DNA from: Eledone cirrhosa
Taxonomy: Eukaryota
Reading direction: 5' to 3'
Assembly: GCA_964016885.1 (NCBI GenBank)
Contig: OZ024744.1
Location: 70,990,001 to 71,054,000 of the forward strand
Length of the DNA stretch: 64,000 nt
A program made the translations under genes and the position numbers. Below the pieces are notes generated by a model that was not told the origin of the DNA, did no database searches, and saw only the letters and a program-made list of their open reading frames with translations. Shown here in pieces: positions 62,223-64,000 of this stretch (position 1 is the stretch's first letter; each line of letters starts with the position of its first letter).

Positions 62223-62556
62223 ATCATTCTTTGTAACCACTAAATTTATCATCTCAGTAAAAAAAAAAAGACACATACACACAAAAAATAAAAATAAAAT
62301 TATAAACACCAACAAAATTTTTTGCAAGGTAATGGGAAACAAATGGGTTAATTGAGAACAATTAGACATCTTTAAAAGTTGTTTTGCCATTTTGGAATTA
62401 AATTTCGAGAGTAGATGATAGGAAAGATTACTACCAGTAAATAGTGTCTTATCAACAGAAATGTTATTTCACAGTTAATATACCTATATATAAATTGGTA
62501 ACTCCGCCCCCCCCCCTCTCTCTCTATATATATGTACAATATATATATATATATAT

Positions 62557-62616
<60 letters not shown>

Positions 62617-63231
62617 ATATATAAATATTGGCTCGCCAATATGGCCAACTGAATATGGAAGGGACTTTTTGTCTCCCCTTTTTTTTCTTCATTTTCCCTC
62701 GTTCCTTCCTTTTATCACTCTTAACTTACTATTTATCTTCTATTTCTAACTCCCATCTTCTAGTGTTCGAAACGTTAAGACTCTCTTCCTGCTATTTCAA
62801 GTGTTAAACTAATATATTTCTTCCATGTACTGTTCCGTTTGTTTTTGTTATTTCTGTTTACCTTTTACATACATATATATATATATATATATTTCCTGGG
62901 CGGCAAATTGGCAGAGTCGTCGAGACATCAGCTAGAATGCTTTACGGTATCCGTCCCACCTCATTGCACACTCGAGTTCAAATCCTGCCGTGGTTAACTT
63001 TGCCTTTTGAGGTTGATAAAAAAAAAAGTACCAGTCCAGTACTGGGGTTGATTCTTCCTCTATAGAAAAAAATCGGCTGTGTTCAGACCTGGAGAAGGTT
63101 GGGCTCTGCCAGGTTTAAAAGTACCCTAGACATACCGTATGACGGTGCCTCTATGACTCCACAAGGAGTTATTATGGGATCTTTATTCTTATCCTATATA
63201 TATATCCTCCCCTTGTTAATTTTCCTAAGAT

Positions 63232-63281
<50 letters not shown>

Positions 63282-63609
63282 GGTGTATTATTTTCTGAAG
63301 AAAAAAAGTGGCAGTAACTTCAAAATTTCCAGTTTCGTTTTGGTTAGGTTGCTTCATTTGTTGCCTGTATCCTGCTGCAGAAAGTTCTCTATATTGTTCA
63401 CATTAGGTCAGTAATGATAGAAGGTAGGTGGATTAAGGTAGTGAGTGTGTGTATATATGTGTGTGTGGGGGGGGGGGTAATGTCTGTGGGGGGGGGGGGA
63501 TGTGTATGTGTGTGGGTGGGAAGGTGTGCGCGCGCGTGTGTGTGTGTGATGTGGGTGTGAATATGTTTGTGTGTGGGGGGGAACTTGTATGTGTGCGGGT
63601 GTATGTGTG

Positions 63610-63751
<142 letters not shown>

Positions 63752-64000
63752 TGTGTGTGATGTATTTATATCCGTCGAAAATCAGATGTTAAATTAGTTG
63801 AATTTTTATAAATATATATATTTTTTTAAATTGGCAGGTTTTGAATGAGAATATTGTTAAGTCATATGTAAGGGGCAGAAGGGGGAGGGGATATTTACAG
63901 AAATGGTAAGCTGTTTTCTTTGGAGGAGGAGGGGGGGGGGGCTTCTTTCCGTGAAAGAATTTTGATGATTTTGGTTTATTTATTCTAGGTAGGATTTCTC

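Noticed and set aside
62133-62390. ORF MAKQLLK... with AAAATGGC start context
   Set aside because: Runs into A/T tracts and (TA)n; no recognisable domain or donor.
63901-63905. Possible 5-nt microexon (ttacag|AAATG|gtaagc)
   Set aside because: The upstream sequence is purine-rich with no pyrimidine tract, and there is no partner exon.

Overview
AT-rich, microsatellite-dense animal DNA. The SINE/RTE repertoire, (ATG)n tails and (TA)n tracts suggest an octopus or other coleoid cephalopod; this is inference. The only host gene I can support is missing from the ORF track: a SPATA4-like CH-domain ciliary/sperm gene on the minus strand. Three coding exons splice in frame (36129-36053, 5087-4958, 3007-2889), intron 1 is about 31 kb, an RFX X-box lies just upstream of the ATG, and the gene continues off the left edge. 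Nearly everything else is nested mobile DNA: an uninterrupted RTE LINE ORF with a PHD-like finger inside the RT, many truncated RTE copies, CR1-, CRE-, R4- and RTEX-like fragments, a mariner split by two retro-insertions, TTAA (piggyBac-type) MITEs, tRNA-derived SINEs, a solo LTR, a Helitron cluster interleaved with a 27-bp satellite, and a Penelope-like element with ~0.9-kb inverted arms. The most interesting signal is a set of non-coding fold-back palindromes next to (TA)n tracts that carry minimal type-I hammerhead ribozyme motifs. One has a fully canonical core (21016-21073). They look like a non-autonomous, Penelope-derived ribozyme-hairpin family. Repeat boundaries were read by eye and are approximate unless a TSD or splice site is quoted.
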